A stretch of DNA of 64,000 nt from Polyangiaceae bacterium (GTDB taxonomy: Bacteria; Myxococcota_A; Polyangia; Polyangiales; Polyangiaceae): assembly GCA_016712345.1 (NCBI GenBank), contig JADJRH010000002.1, positions 72,466 to 136,465 on the forward strand, written 5' to 3'. Positions 29,200 through 38,490 of the stretch are shown piece by piece. A program made the translations under genes and the position numbers. Position 1 is the stretch's first letter; the number at the start of each line of letters is the position of its first letter. The notes beneath the pieces are model-generated. The model ran no database searches and was not told the DNA's origin. It saw only the letters and a program-made list of their open reading frames with translations.

Positions 29200-30175
29200 C
29201 AACGTTCGCCACATCGGTGATGCGCGTCAGCACCCCTGTCTTGAGCCACTTTTGCCGGTTCGCCTTGTTTTTGAGCACCGTTGCACGCTCAAAAAAAAGG
29301 CGTGCCGCCGCTTCCGCTCCCACCTGAGCCAACCTGACAGAAGCCACTTCAAAAAGCGGCGGATTCCACGGCGCCCCCAAAAGCATTTGTTCAGAATAAG
29401 AGCGCACACGCGTTACTTTGCGCCAATAACTTTCAAAGTTAGAATACGGATAGTGTAAAATGGCGGGTGACAAAAATCGCGCTCGACCAAGCCCGTAGTG
29501 CAGCGGAAGGTGAAATCCGTGTGCTCCGGCGGGGAGTGTGCCCCGCCGCGTTTGTACTGCCGCCTTCCCATTGGCGTACGCCAAAAAATAGCCGCCTCGA
29601 TCCTGAAAATAGGGCAGCGCCTCGTCGAGCGCCGACGGGTCAATCCCCCGGGGATTTTTTGTGAAGAGTGTTATTTCAGAAAAGGGCTCTTTGACCGCGG
29701 TGTGTTCACACAGCCCTTCATGATTGTCATAAATGACATACCCAATACCCAATTGACTGAGGCTGTTAAAGTGCTGCTGCGCATCGCTGTTCGGTGGATA
29801 AAAAAGCTCATCACCGTCAATGTGCAAGAGCCATGGCACGCCGTCGGACCGGGCCATTTCAAGGCCGGCTTGCACAACACACAGTTGCCTCGCTGTGAGT
29901 TCATCCGGCGACGCTGCGGGCTTTTCCCAATCACCGGCAAATGGCAGATACGTTTTTTGAAAGTCGTCTTTTGCCATGCGCTTTTGAAGCGCCTTGTTCA
30001 CATGAATAAACCTGACTCCCGCCTCCGAAAAGGGCTTACGTCCGGGTTCGGGTTTGGCGTCAAAAAAGATATAAAAACGCTCGATTCCAATGTGCTTGTG
30101 CCAGTAAATCCACGGTCCAAGATCGGCAGTGGGCGCCCGCACGGTGGTCACAATGGCCACGTTGGATTGACTCAC
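29183..30175 (-). CDS. Putative GT-A fold glycosyltransferase (DxD motif)
   Basis: VAIVTTV...FYIFFD N-terminal strand pattern. LLHIDGDELF DxD-like motif. 330 aa. Confidence 0.4.
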   Translation of the reverse strand: MSQSNVAIVTTVRAPTADLGPWIYWHKHIGIERFYIFFDAKPEPGRKPFSEAGVRFIHVNKALQKRMAKDDFQKTYLPFAGDWEKPAASPDELTARQLCVVQAGLEMARSDGVPWLLHIDGDELFYPPNSDAQQHFNSLSQLGIGYVIYDNHEGLCEHTAVKEPFSEITLFTKNPRGIDPSALDEALPYFQDRGGYFLAYANGKAAVQTRRGTLPAGAHGFHLPLHYGLGRARFLSPAILHYPYSNFESYWRKVTRVRSYSEQMLLGAPWNPPLFEVASVRLAQVGAEAAARLFFERATVLKNKANRQKWLKTGVLTRITDVANVVSARE

Positions 30176-31416
30176 AAACTCTCCATGGGGGGCTGTTCGG
30201 TCGCGCGAAAGAGCGGCGCAAACACCGTTTCATCCAGCGCTTTTGACAGCTTTAGCAGCGTCGTGCGACCGGCTTGCACCTCCGCTGGGCTAAACACTCG
30301 CGCCAAGACACGCAGTTCATCACCGGGGGATTGTGTACGCAACTTGGCCTTAAAAAGAGCGGCTGTCACAGGGTCGGTTAAGTTAACCCCGCAACGCACC
30401 GAAGATGCCAATTTGACAGCGAGTTGCTCCAGCGCGAGAGCTTCTTTTCGTTTTGGAAAACGCGCCTTAATCAGCTCCAAAGCCGCTTTTCTGTGGGGCA
30501 CATGATGCAGAATCGCCGCGACAAACCGTTCGTCGAGATTGGCAGTTTGGCGGCGGACGGCCGCGGCGGCCCGCAGTCTTCGATCTTCACGCAACGTGGC
30601 GAGCAACGTCCGCGTTGTGTTCTCCCCATGTTTTGCGATACAGGCCTGTACAGCGGACTTCATGTTTTCAAACGTGCCAAAGTGGCTGTGAAGCAACTCC
30701 AATGCACGAAAGGAGGTGTCTTCGTCCGAGCGAGCAATCAACTCACACGCGCGCGAAAGGGCTTGTGTGGGCGGCGCTGTGCGGCACAAAAGGCGCAGTG
30801 TTTGGATTTGGCGTAATTTTATTTCATTCGTTAAAAAAGGGTCAATCGCGAGGCCGGGTGCCCGATAGTCAAACTGGGGGCCAACGTTTTGATCACTGCC
30901 GGTGCGTACAACAAGGGTCGCCGACGGTTGCTCCAAATGCACAACAGAGTGCACAAGAGCCGGTGAGATCTCCACAACATCTCCGGGATGGAGGCACTCG
31001 GCGCCGTCAAAGTGGAGATTGCCCAAAAGCAGAGTTTGAGGGGAGCCGAAAGCCGCTTCAAAGTGATGTCGAGTTTGCAGTCGCGAGCCCGAAAAAGCCT
31101 GAAATGCGCCCGAAAATCCGTGACCGTGAACGGTTGTTGGAATGTCCACCCAAAAAAGCACTTCAATGTGAAAGTGCTCCCCTCGATAAACGGTAATCGG
31201 TGGCTCGCCGAAACTCTCCGCCAAGTCATTTTGCGGGGGCAAGGTGCTTGTTTTTAGCACCCACTCAACCACTTCATTCGAACTTGTCCGCTCCACGATG
31301 CGCGCTTTTTGGAGGGCTTCCGCGGCGATTTTGGGAAAGTGTCTGACAGCGAATTGAGCGCGCTTGTACTCGCGCTGCACGGCTTTTCCCAGTTCTGCAA
31401 AAATGCGCATGAGCAA
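30172..31416 (-). CDS. Cupin-domain protein with a C-terminal HEAT/ARM-like helical repeat region
   Basis: TTVHGHGFSGAF plus GDVVEISPALVHSV resemble cupin motifs 1 and 2. 4-bp overlap with the downstream GT-like gene. Confidence 0.45.
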   Translation of the reverse strand: MLMRIFAELGKAVQREYKRAQFAVRHFPKIAAEALQKARIVERTSSNEVVEWVLKTSTLPPQNDLAESFGEPPITVYRGEHFHIEVLFWVDIPTTVHGHGFSGAFQAFSGSRLQTRHHFEAAFGSPQTLLLGNLHFDGAECLHPGDVVEISPALVHSVVHLEQPSATLVVRTGSDQNVGPQFDYRAPGLAIDPFLTNEIKLRQIQTLRLLCRTAPPTQALSRACELIARSDEDTSFRALELLHSHFGTFENMKSAVQACIAKHGENTTRTLLATLREDRRLRAAAAVRRQTANLDERFVAAILHHVPHRKAALELIKARFPKRKEALALEQLAVKLASSVRCGVNLTDPVTAALFKAKLRTQSPGDELRVLARVFSPAEVQAGRTTLLKLSKALDETVFAPLFRATEQPPMESL

Positions 31417-31437
31417 ACAATGGTTGCGGAAAGAACG

Positions 31438-33834
31438 TTATTTGCCCCAGAGTTTGGCGAAGGCGAGTGTTTGGGCGTTTTCTGGAATGTTGCGTAAGAA
31501 CGTGTCTCGAAAGCGGCTGTCGGTGATGCGGCCCGCTCTTTCAAGCAATCGCGTTTTGGACGCTTCCATGAGCGTTTTTGCTTTGGCAATATCTCCCGAC
31601 TGGGCGGTTGCCGAAGCGTTTACAAAACGTATCCAAGCCTCTCCCTCTTCAACACCCAACTGCTCTTGCAACAGGGTTAAGGCTTGTTCTGAGAGGTCTA
31701 CTCCTTCGGCTGTTTGGCCGAGCGTAAGTTTCACATTCGCGAGTACCGCCAGCGCATACGCCTTAATTCCGGGGATTGTTGCAGCGGCTTCTACCGCGCT
31801 TTGGGCACTTTCAAGCGCTTCATCACTTTTGGCGGCCGCCGTGTAAATGAGCGCCAAATAAAGGCGTGATACAGCTTCAAACCGCCGATTGCCCTGATCG
31901 ATAAAACGCGCGAGGGCCTGTTTTTCGGCAGCAATCGCTTCATCGGTTTGACCTGTGCGCGCGAGGGCAAGGCCCAGATTGGCCTGCGCACCGGCAGCAA
32001 AACTGAGGCGCATCGGCTCGGCGGTGGCAAATGCCTCCGAAAGAACGCGCTCCGCCGCTTTGTAACCCCCGAGTTGCAACAAGGCATTTCCAATGTTGCT
32101 GCGTTGCAGAGAGGCATTTCGAATATCACCCGCGGCGACAAACTCGTCGACAGCCTCTTTGACGAGATCCAAATACCGCATCGCGTCGCCGTCGAAAATG
32201 GCCAGTTCGGCGCGTGCGACTGCCATCCACGCGCGAACAAACGGTTCGTTTTTGGAGCGCGAATCCATGGACTCTTCAACAGACTGAAGGATTCGGCGCG
32301 CTCGCTCCACCGAGCCGGTACGTGCCAATTGAACGAGAAGCCGACATGCGGCCACCGTGCGGGCCGGGTGTTCGGGCTGCGGCGAATCGAGCAACAGGGG
32401 GGCGAGAGGTGCCAATCGATCGCCGTTTCCGCGGTGACCGGCCGCCATTGCCACGTGTCCAAGCGCCGCAAACCAGCCTGTTGTGCCCGGCTCAAAACTC
32501 TCCATTGCCTGAGCCGCCTGGGACTCTGAATCAACGTAATGACCAAGCCAATAGTTGGCGATCGCCTGCGTGAGACGCATTCGACCCACAAAGGCCTTGT
32601 CACTCGAATCTTGCAAAAGCGCCGATTCGGCACGTTCCACGGCGTCTGAAAGGGCATTGATGCGAAGTGCGTCTTCGGCCGCGGCACCGAGTTGCTCCAC
32701 CGAAAGCGATGAATCGCGCGCTCGCCACTCAATCTCTGAACTGCCACCCGCGATAGGCGTGGGCGCACCCACCCACGTTGCGCCTCGCGGCCGCCCGATG
32801 CGCGTGGGTACACCTCGGAAAGTGCCTTCTTCGTCGACTTGAAAATCTTCCTGAGCGAGTTCAACAATGTCGGCCAAATCGCCTGGATCCAAGGGCGGAG
32901 CGGACACTCGCGCGTCTGTGGGATCTGCGCGCAATGCGGCTACGTGTACACTTCGATTTTCAAAACAAGCCCACAAACGATCTCGAAAAGCCTGCATTGT
33001 GGGGCGTTTTTCGAGATCTCGCTCCAATCCCAAACGAATTGTGTGCAACAGCTCGGCGGAGATCGGCGCTTCACTCGGCCACGGTGGAGGCCCCATGCCT
33101 GTTAATATCTGCACCAAAATCGCGTGTTCCGTAGGCCCGTCGTACGGGCAGCGGCCGGACAGAGCTTCAAACAAAACAGCCGCGAGCCCCCATACGTCGG
33201 CGCGCCCGTCGATGGCGCTGTCACCCCGCGCCTGCTCGGGCGACATATAAGCGGTTGTCCCGAGCAACGTGCCAGTCAGCGTTGCAAATGCCTGTTTGCC
33301 GCGTGCGGGCATTTTCGCAACACCAAAGTCGACAAGTTTGGGTGACAGCTCGCTTGAACTGTTGCGCGCGAGAACAATGTTGTCGGGCTTGATGTCGCGG
33401 TGAACGATGCCTCGACGGTGCGCGGCCGCGAGAGCGTCGGCGATGGGGAGCGCAATCTGCAACGCTTCGTCCGCGCCGATTCGGCCCACGTTGGCGAGCC
33501 GCTGGCGCAGGCTTTCACCGCGGAGCAGTTCTTGAACAATGAACAACGTGCCGTCGGCTTGAATGCCCATTTCAAGCACGGTGACAACGTTGGGATGATC
33601 AATGCTCGCGGTGGCCTGCGCTTCGCGCAGAAAGCGGCGCGTGATCTCCGCGTGGCGCGAATAGTGGGGGTGCAACAACTTGAGCGCGACTTTGCGACCG
33701 ATGAGCGCGTCTTCGGCTTCATAAACGCTGCCGACCCCACCCTGGGCAATGAGGCGCAGGAGCGTGAATTTGCCGCCCACCACAATTCCGGGAGCCAACG
33801 GCTGACCGGACGATTCATCGGCGGAAAGACTCAA
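31438..33834 (-). CDS. Ser/Thr protein kinase with a C-terminal TPR-repeat domain
   Basis: GGVGSVYEAED, VALKLL, HRDIKPDNIVL, DFGVAK, GTTAYMSPEQ. TPR-like C-terminal 450 aa. Confidence 0.85.
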   Translation of the reverse strand: MSLSADESSGQPLAPGIVVGGKFTLLRLIAQGGVGSVYEAEDALIGRKVALKLLHPHYSRHAEITRRFLREAQATASIDHPNVVTVLEMGIQADGTLFIVQELLRGESLRQRLANVGRIGADEALQIALPIADALAAAHRRGIVHRDIKPDNIVLARNSSSELSPKLVDFGVAKMPARGKQAFATLTGTLLGTTAYMSPEQARGDSAIDGRADVWGLAAVLFEALSGRCPYDGPTEHAILVQILTGMGPPPWPSEAPISAELLHTIRLGLERDLEKRPTMQAFRDRLWACFENRSVHVAALRADPTDARVSAPPLDPGDLADIVELAQEDFQVDEEGTFRGVPTRIGRPRGATWVGAPTPIAGGSSEIEWRARDSSLSVEQLGAAAEDALRINALSDAVERAESALLQDSSDKAFVGRMRLTQAIANYWLGHYVDSESQAAQAMESFEPGTTGWFAALGHVAMAAGHRGNGDRLAPLAPLLLDSPQPEHPARTVAACRLLVQLARTGSVERARRILQSVEESMDSRSKNEPFVRAWMAVARAELAIFDGDAMRYLDLVKEAVDEFVAAGDIRNASLQRSNIGNALLQLGGYKAAERVLSEAFATAEPMRLSFAAGAQANLGLALARTGQTDEAIAAEKQALARFIDQGNRRFEAVSRLYLALIYTAAAKSDEALESAQSAVEAAATIPGIKAYALAVLANVKLTLGQTAEGVDLSEQALTLLQEQLGVEEGEAWIRFVNASATAQSGDIAKAKTLMEASKTRLLERAGRITDSRFRDTFLRNIPENAQTLAFAKLWGK

Positions 33835-33847
33835 ACTCAGCTCCTTT

Positions 33848-33930
33848 AACCCGGATTATTCACGAGGACTCCACGCGAAGGGTCCGATCTCGGCCCTTCG
33901 CGCAATCGCCTCATGAATAACCCGGGTTCA
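33848..33930. promoter_or_regulatory. About 85-bp imperfect palindrome (nested hairpin) followed by a T-run, in the divergent region between the kinase and aroA
   Basis: acccggattattcacgagg ... cgcgaagggtccgatctcggcccttcgcg ... cctcatgaataacccgggt, then ttgaaggtttttttgag. Confidence 0.6.
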
Positions 33931-34091
33931 CGAACTTTGAAGGTTTTTTTGAGCGCATGTCAACCGTCTCGTGATGAGCCACAGAATGTATTCAAACGAT
34001 GGTGGGTATCGCTTCGTTTGCCGCAGCGGCGATTCTTGCACTCTCACATGGCCCCATTGTCGCCGGGCCGACTTTCTGACAAGCGTGCGGC

Positions 34092-35447
34092 GTGCTTTCG
34101 CTCGTTGTCGACCCAATGACCGGCCCACTTTCGGGAAGTGTACCCTTGCCGGCCGACAAGAGTATTACGCACCGCGCGCTGCTTCTGGCGGCAATCGCCG
34201 ACGGTGAAAGCCGAATCGGTGCGAGCCTCCTCGGAGCCGACAACCTTTCCACCGCCGGGGCGCTGCGGGCAATGGGTGTACACATTGACGAGCAATCCGG
34301 CGCGGTGACCGTTCGTGGCAATGGGCTCTTTGGTTTGCGAGCGCCCGCGGGGCCTATTGACTGCGGTAACTCGGGCACCACAATGCGCCTTTTGTGCGGC
34401 ATCCTCGCGGCGCAGCGGTTTTTCGTCACGCTCACCGGAGATGCCTCGCTTTCGTCGCGGCCGATGGAACGTGTACTCAAGCCCCTGCGACTTCGGGGCG
34501 CCCGCGCCGAGGGCAAGATCGATCCAAAAAGGCCCGGTGAATGCACCGCGCCGCTCCACATTGGGCCGCTTCCCGAGCCGCATGTTTTGTCGACAATCGA
34601 ATACGAAATGCCCGTGTCGAGCGCGCAGGTAAAAAGCGCGTTGCTGCTTTCGGGGCTCTTCTCCGACGGGCCAACCTACGTGCGTGAGCCGCTCCTTTCG
34701 CGCGATCATACAGAGCGAATGCTCACCGCACTGGGTGTACCTTTGCAAACGCTCGGTCCCATGATCGAGCTGGATCCGTCGGTTTGGTCCGGGTCGCTTC
34801 CCGCGTTTGATGTACACATCCCCGGCGATCTCTCGGCGGCCGCGTTTCTTGTGGCGGCGGCGCAAATTGTCCCGCAAAGCCGCGTCGACGTTCGAAACGT
34901 GGGCCTCAACCCAACGCGGTCGGGCTTTTTAGATGTGCTTCGCGACATGGGCGGCGCCTTTGAGGTGGAGGCGCGCGGTGAGCAGTTGGGTGAGCCGATG
35001 GGCCTTGTGCGCGCTTCTTCGTCGGCGCTCGTGGGCGCCCGCATCGGGGGTGAATCGGTGGCGCGCTCCATTGACGAAATGCCTATTTTGGCAGCGCTTG
35101 CGGCGTGTGCATCGGGGATAACAACCGTCACCGACGCGGCCGAACTGCGCGTCAAAGAAACCGATCGCCTGTCCGCTGTCGTTCAGGTGCTTCGAGCTTT
35201 CGGAGTTCGGTGCGATGAAACGCCCGACGGCCTGGTGATCGAAGGGCGCGCGGGCGAGCCGCTCATCGCCGCCGATGTGCACAGCCGCGGCGACCATCGA
35301 ATTGCCATGACAGCGGCCATCTTGGGATTGGTCGCCGACGGGAAAACACGCGTGCAGGATGCTAATTGTATACGAACGAGTTTCCCTAAATTTGTAGGCA
35401 CCCTGCGCGCTTTAGGCGCCACCATCTCGGTTGAGGAAACGGCATGA
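34092..35447 (+). CDS. aroA: 3-phosphoshikimate 1-carboxyvinyltransferase (EPSP synthase)
   Basis: LPADKSITHRALLLAAIADGESRI and GNSGTTMRLL motifs. About 440 aa. The start may be the internal MTGPLSG. Confidence 0.9.
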   Translation: MLSLVVDPMTGPLSGSVPLPADKSITHRALLLAAIADGESRIGASLLGADNLSTAGALRAMGVHIDEQSGAVTVRGNGLFGLRAPAGPIDCGNSGTTMRLLCGILAAQRFFVTLTGDASLSSRPMERVLKPLRLRGARAEGKIDPKRPGECTAPLHIGPLPEPHVLSTIEYEMPVSSAQVKSALLLSGLFSDGPTYVREPLLSRDHTERMLTALGVPLQTLGPMIELDPSVWSGSLPAFDVHIPGDLSAAAFLVAAAQIVPQSRVDVRNVGLNPTRSGFLDVLRDMGGAFEVEARGEQLGEPMGLVRASSSALVGARIGGESVARSIDEMPILAALAACASGITTVTDAAELRVKETDRLSAVVQVLRAFGVRCDETPDGLVIEGRAGEPLIAADVHSRGDHRIAMTAAILGLVADGKTRVQDANCIRTSFPKFVGTLRALGATISVEETA

Positions 35448-36157
35448 AGCAATCCGCGTACAATGCCCGCCGCGCCCCGCGCGTGGCGATCGACGGTCCG
35501 GCCGGTGCCGGCAAGAGCACCGTCGCCAAACGTCTCGCCGAGCGACTCGGCTTTTTGCACGTTGATACCGGTGCGATCTACCGCACAGTGGCCCTTGCGG
35601 CGCATCGCGCTGGGTACGCATGGGACGACGAGCCGAATGTGGCGCGTGTTGCCGAGGCGCTTGTTGCGGAGCGGCGTATCGCCATGGAAAAGGCCGAAAA
35701 CGGCAGCGCGATGCGTATTGTTCTCGATGGTCAGGACGTGTCGCCGTTTATTCGCACGCCCGAAATGAGCGCCGGTGCGAGCCGCGTTTCGGCGATTGCG
35801 GCGGTTCGCAAAGCTCTTTTGGCGCTCCAACGTCAAGCCGGTGAAAGCGGCGGTTGTGTACTCGAAGGGCGCGACATCGGCACGGTTGTCTTTCCCGATG
35901 CCGAGGTGAAGTTGTTTTTAACGGCCACAGTCGCGGAGCGCGCCAAACGCCGCTTCGATGAGCTTGTTGGCAAAGGTGTACACACAACGCTCGATGCAAC
36001 GCTCACCGACCTTGTTGCCCGCGACAAAGCCGACACTGAGAGGCCCGTTGCTCCTTTAAAACAAGCCGAAGACGCGATCCTCGTCGATTCTACAGATCGC
36101 GATGTGGACGCAGTGATCGAAGAGATGGTGCGTGTGGTGAATGCGCGCGCTCGCTGA
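35444..36157 (+). CDS. cmk: Cytidylate kinase
   Basis: IDGPAGAGKSTVAKRLAERLGFLHVDTGAIYR. 4-bp overlap with aroA. Confidence 0.9.
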   Translation: MKQSAYNARRAPRVAIDGPAGAGKSTVAKRLAERLGFLHVDTGAIYRTVALAAHRAGYAWDDEPNVARVAEALVAERRIAMEKAENGSAMRIVLDGQDVSPFIRTPEMSAGASRVSAIAAVRKALLALQRQAGESGGCVLEGRDIGTVVFPDAEVKLFLTATVAERAKRRFDELVGKGVHTTLDATLTDLVARDKADTERPVAPLKQAEDAILVDSTDRDVDAVIEEMVRVVNARAR

Positions 36158-37070
36158 AAGAGCCGTTTTTGCATGTGTACTCGCGGCGTTTGTCGGCGCC
36201 TGCGCGAGTGTGCCAACGCCTCAAAAAAAAGGTGAACGTCCGCCCCAGCTCTCGAAAGAACTTGCGGCGACTGATCTCCTTCCGGCCGATCTGGATGTGG
36301 TTCTTAGGATTGATGTCGCGCGGATCAAAGCCGGGCTCGGTCCTGCGTTCGCCGAGTCACTTGCTGAGCGAGCGGCCGAACAGTCACGCGACGGCTTTAT
36401 CGCCGAAGCGATGAGCCGCGCCGACGCTGTGTGGATCGGCCTGCGTCTCGCGGATATCGACGCGGGAGATCGTGTACTCATCGCGGAGGGAAAAACGGGC
36501 GAGATCCACCTTGAACCGAGTGAATGGGCCGAAGTGAAAGCCGGCGCCACGATCGAAGATGTACACATTCTCGATCGCAAAGGGACTCTTTCGCGCGCTT
36601 CGACAGGTCGCATTGTGGTGGCCAAAGATCGCTTGATCGCCTTCGTTTCTCCGGCCGAAGTGGATGCGGTGTCACGCCTTCTCAAAAACGGCGCCGATGA
36701 GGGGCACGGCGATCCCGCGGCGACGGGGCTTGTGAGCATGGATGTGCGAGGCCACCGGCTACCACCCGCGCTTGAAAAAAAATACCCTTCGATCGGGGCT
36801 GTGATCGCGGGCATTTCTAAAATTCGAGGGTCGGCTGCGATGGGCGACTCGGCCGTCAACGTGAACGTTGAAGTGTACGCACGGAGTGAACCCGATGCTG
36901 AGCGCGCCGAAAAATTTTTGGTCACGGTGCGCGATGCGGCTTTGAATACGCGTTATGCGGACGCCATGAAAACCGTCGCGATCGAGCGCGCGGGCGCAAC
37001 GATTCATCTCAAAGCCAATGTGCCGGCGTCGTTTGTCATCGCCGCTTTGAGCGCTTCAGCGGAGCCTTGA
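36141..37070 (+). CDS. Hypothetical lipoprotein
   Basis: MRALAERAVFACVLAAFVGACAS lipobox. Overlaps the cmk 3' end. Confidence 0.5.
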   Translation: MRALAERAVFACVLAAFVGACASVPTPQKKGERPPQLSKELAATDLLPADLDVVLRIDVARIKAGLGPAFAESLAERAAEQSRDGFIAEAMSRADAVWIGLRLADIDAGDRVLIAEGKTGEIHLEPSEWAEVKAGATIEDVHILDRKGTLSRASTGRIVVAKDRLIAFVSPAEVDAVSRLLKNGADEGHGDPAATGLVSMDVRGHRLPPALEKKYPSIGAVIAGISKIRGSAAMGDSAVNVNVEVYARSEPDAERAEKFLVTVRDAALNTRYADAMKTVAIERAGATIHLKANVPASFVIAALSASAEP

Positions 37071-37246
37071 GGCAATCGACGCCAGGCCCGCCCGTGGCCG
37101 CGCGCAGCGTGCGAGCACGGACACTTGGGAGGGCAGGGCGCGCACCGCGCGACCGGGGGAGGGCAGCGATTTTTTTTGAGGCTTGTTCTAAAGGCGATTT
37201 GAGGTTTTTTGGGGTCGGCTGAAATTTTGGTCCCCTCTCGCGCGAA

Positions 37247-37864
37247 TTGGCCGGTCAGGTGATGCTTCTACCGCAAATGACCGCCTCACCCCGTCTCGCA
37301 GGCTCGCCGATGCGGCAGAGCGATGCTTTGGCGGAGGAGACTGCTTCGTTGAGGCTCACCGTTCGCTCGGTGGTTGCTGCTGTTTTGGGCCTTTCACCCA
37401 ATCATCCCGACGTTGAAGACTGCGCTCAAGATGCACTTTCGCGCGCGCTTGAAGGGCGCGATCGATTGCGCGGAGGTGAGCCGCTTCGGCCTTGGGTGAT
37501 CGGGATCGCGCGGCACGTGGCAATTGACGCCATTCGCAGCAACAAGCGGGCGCGGGCGCGATCGGTGATTGAAACGGAAAACGATGAAGGTGAAGCCAGC
37601 CTCATCGATCGTGTTGCGGATCCGTCGCCCGGACCCGAAGAACGAGCCGGCACGAACGAAAGGTCCGAACGCTTGTCACAACTTCTCGCGGAGCTGCCGG
37701 CCGACCAGCGAACGGCGCTCCTTTTGTTCCACGTCGACGGTCTGAAATATCAGGCGATCGCCGACAAATTGAAGGTTCCCATGGGAACGGTGGCCACGTG
37801 GATTGCGCGGGGTCGCAAGACCATCGCCGATGCGCTCGGCAACTCGCACGAGGTGGAGTCATGA
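37247..37864 (+). CDS. ECF-subfamily RNA polymerase sigma-70 factor
   Basis: Region 2 (DCAQDALSRALEG...WVIGIARHVAIDAIRS) and region 4 HTH (LLLFHVDGLKYQAIADKLKVPMGTVATWIARGRK). The start may be the internal MRQSDAL. Confidence 0.8.
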   Translation: MAGQVMLLPQMTASPRLAGSPMRQSDALAEETASLRLTVRSVVAAVLGLSPNHPDVEDCAQDALSRALEGRDRLRGGEPLRPWVIGIARHVAIDAIRSNKRARARSVIETENDEGEASLIDRVADPSPGPEERAGTNERSERLSQLLAELPADQRTALLLFHVDGLKYQAIADKLKVPMGTVATWIARGRKTIADALGNSHEVES

Positions 37865-38490
37865 CAATCGAAACGCTGGCACACGATGTTGGATGGGATG
37901 CCTCGGGGCACCTTTCCGATGTTGCGCTGACAGTTGTGGCCGACGGCGAAGAAGCGCTGCTCGACGGGGCCATGTCGCAGCATTTGAATACGTGCAGTGC
38001 TTGCTCCGCTCGCCTTGGTGAAGTGGCCATGCGTTCGGCCGATGTGGCGGCTGTTTTTGGCCAGTTGAGCGCCGAAAATGTGGCCAATTTGCGCGCTGAA
38101 AACGTTGTGCAGGCGGCTCCTGTTGTTCAGGTGGAGCGCGATGTGATTGCCCTTCCGGCGGAAGTGGTAAGTCCCGCGGCTTCGTCGAGTCGCAACAAAC
38201 GAAAAGTGCCTGTTCGCGTGATTGCCATCGCGTTTGTTGTGGCTTCGCTCGGCGCGCTTCCGTCAATTGTTTCTATCCCGGAGCGTGCGTCGCAGCTTTG
38301 GACGGTGGTTCGCAAAGTGCTGCCGTCGCTGATTCGCATGAGTCCCGGATTGATCGAACGCGCGTGGCACCCGTCGTCGGGCAGGGCCACGTTGCTTGTG
38401 TACACCCTCGCGTTTGCGCTCTGCGCCGCGGGGTTTTTGATCGCAACAAAAGCTTCAAAACGTGCGGCATTTAACGGAGGACGGCAATGA
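37861..38490 (+). CDS. Zinc-binding (ZAS-type) anti-sigma factor with a C-terminal TM anchor
   Basis: ATGA overlap with the sigma gene. HLNTCSACSARLGE (Hx3Cx2C). C-terminal LLVYTLAFALCAAGFLIA. Confidence 0.7.
   Translation: MTIETLAHDVGWDASGHLSDVALTVVADGEEALLDGAMSQHLNTCSACSARLGEVAMRSADVAAVFGQLSAENVANLRAENVVQAAPVVQVERDVIALPAEVVSPAASSSRNKRKVPVRVIAIAFVVASLGALPSIVSIPERASQLWTVVRKVLPSLIRMSPGLIERAWHPSSGRATLLVYTLAFALCAAGFLIATKASKRAAFNGGRQ

Noticed and set aside
37100-37250. Possible intrinsic terminator (GC-rich stem then T8 at 37172-37179) and an ECF-type promoter upstream of the sigma factor gene
   Set aside because: The T-run is clear, but I could not define a convincing stem by eye. I also found no canonical GGAAC-N16-CGTC ECF promoter. 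I left it unannotated rather than guess coordinates.
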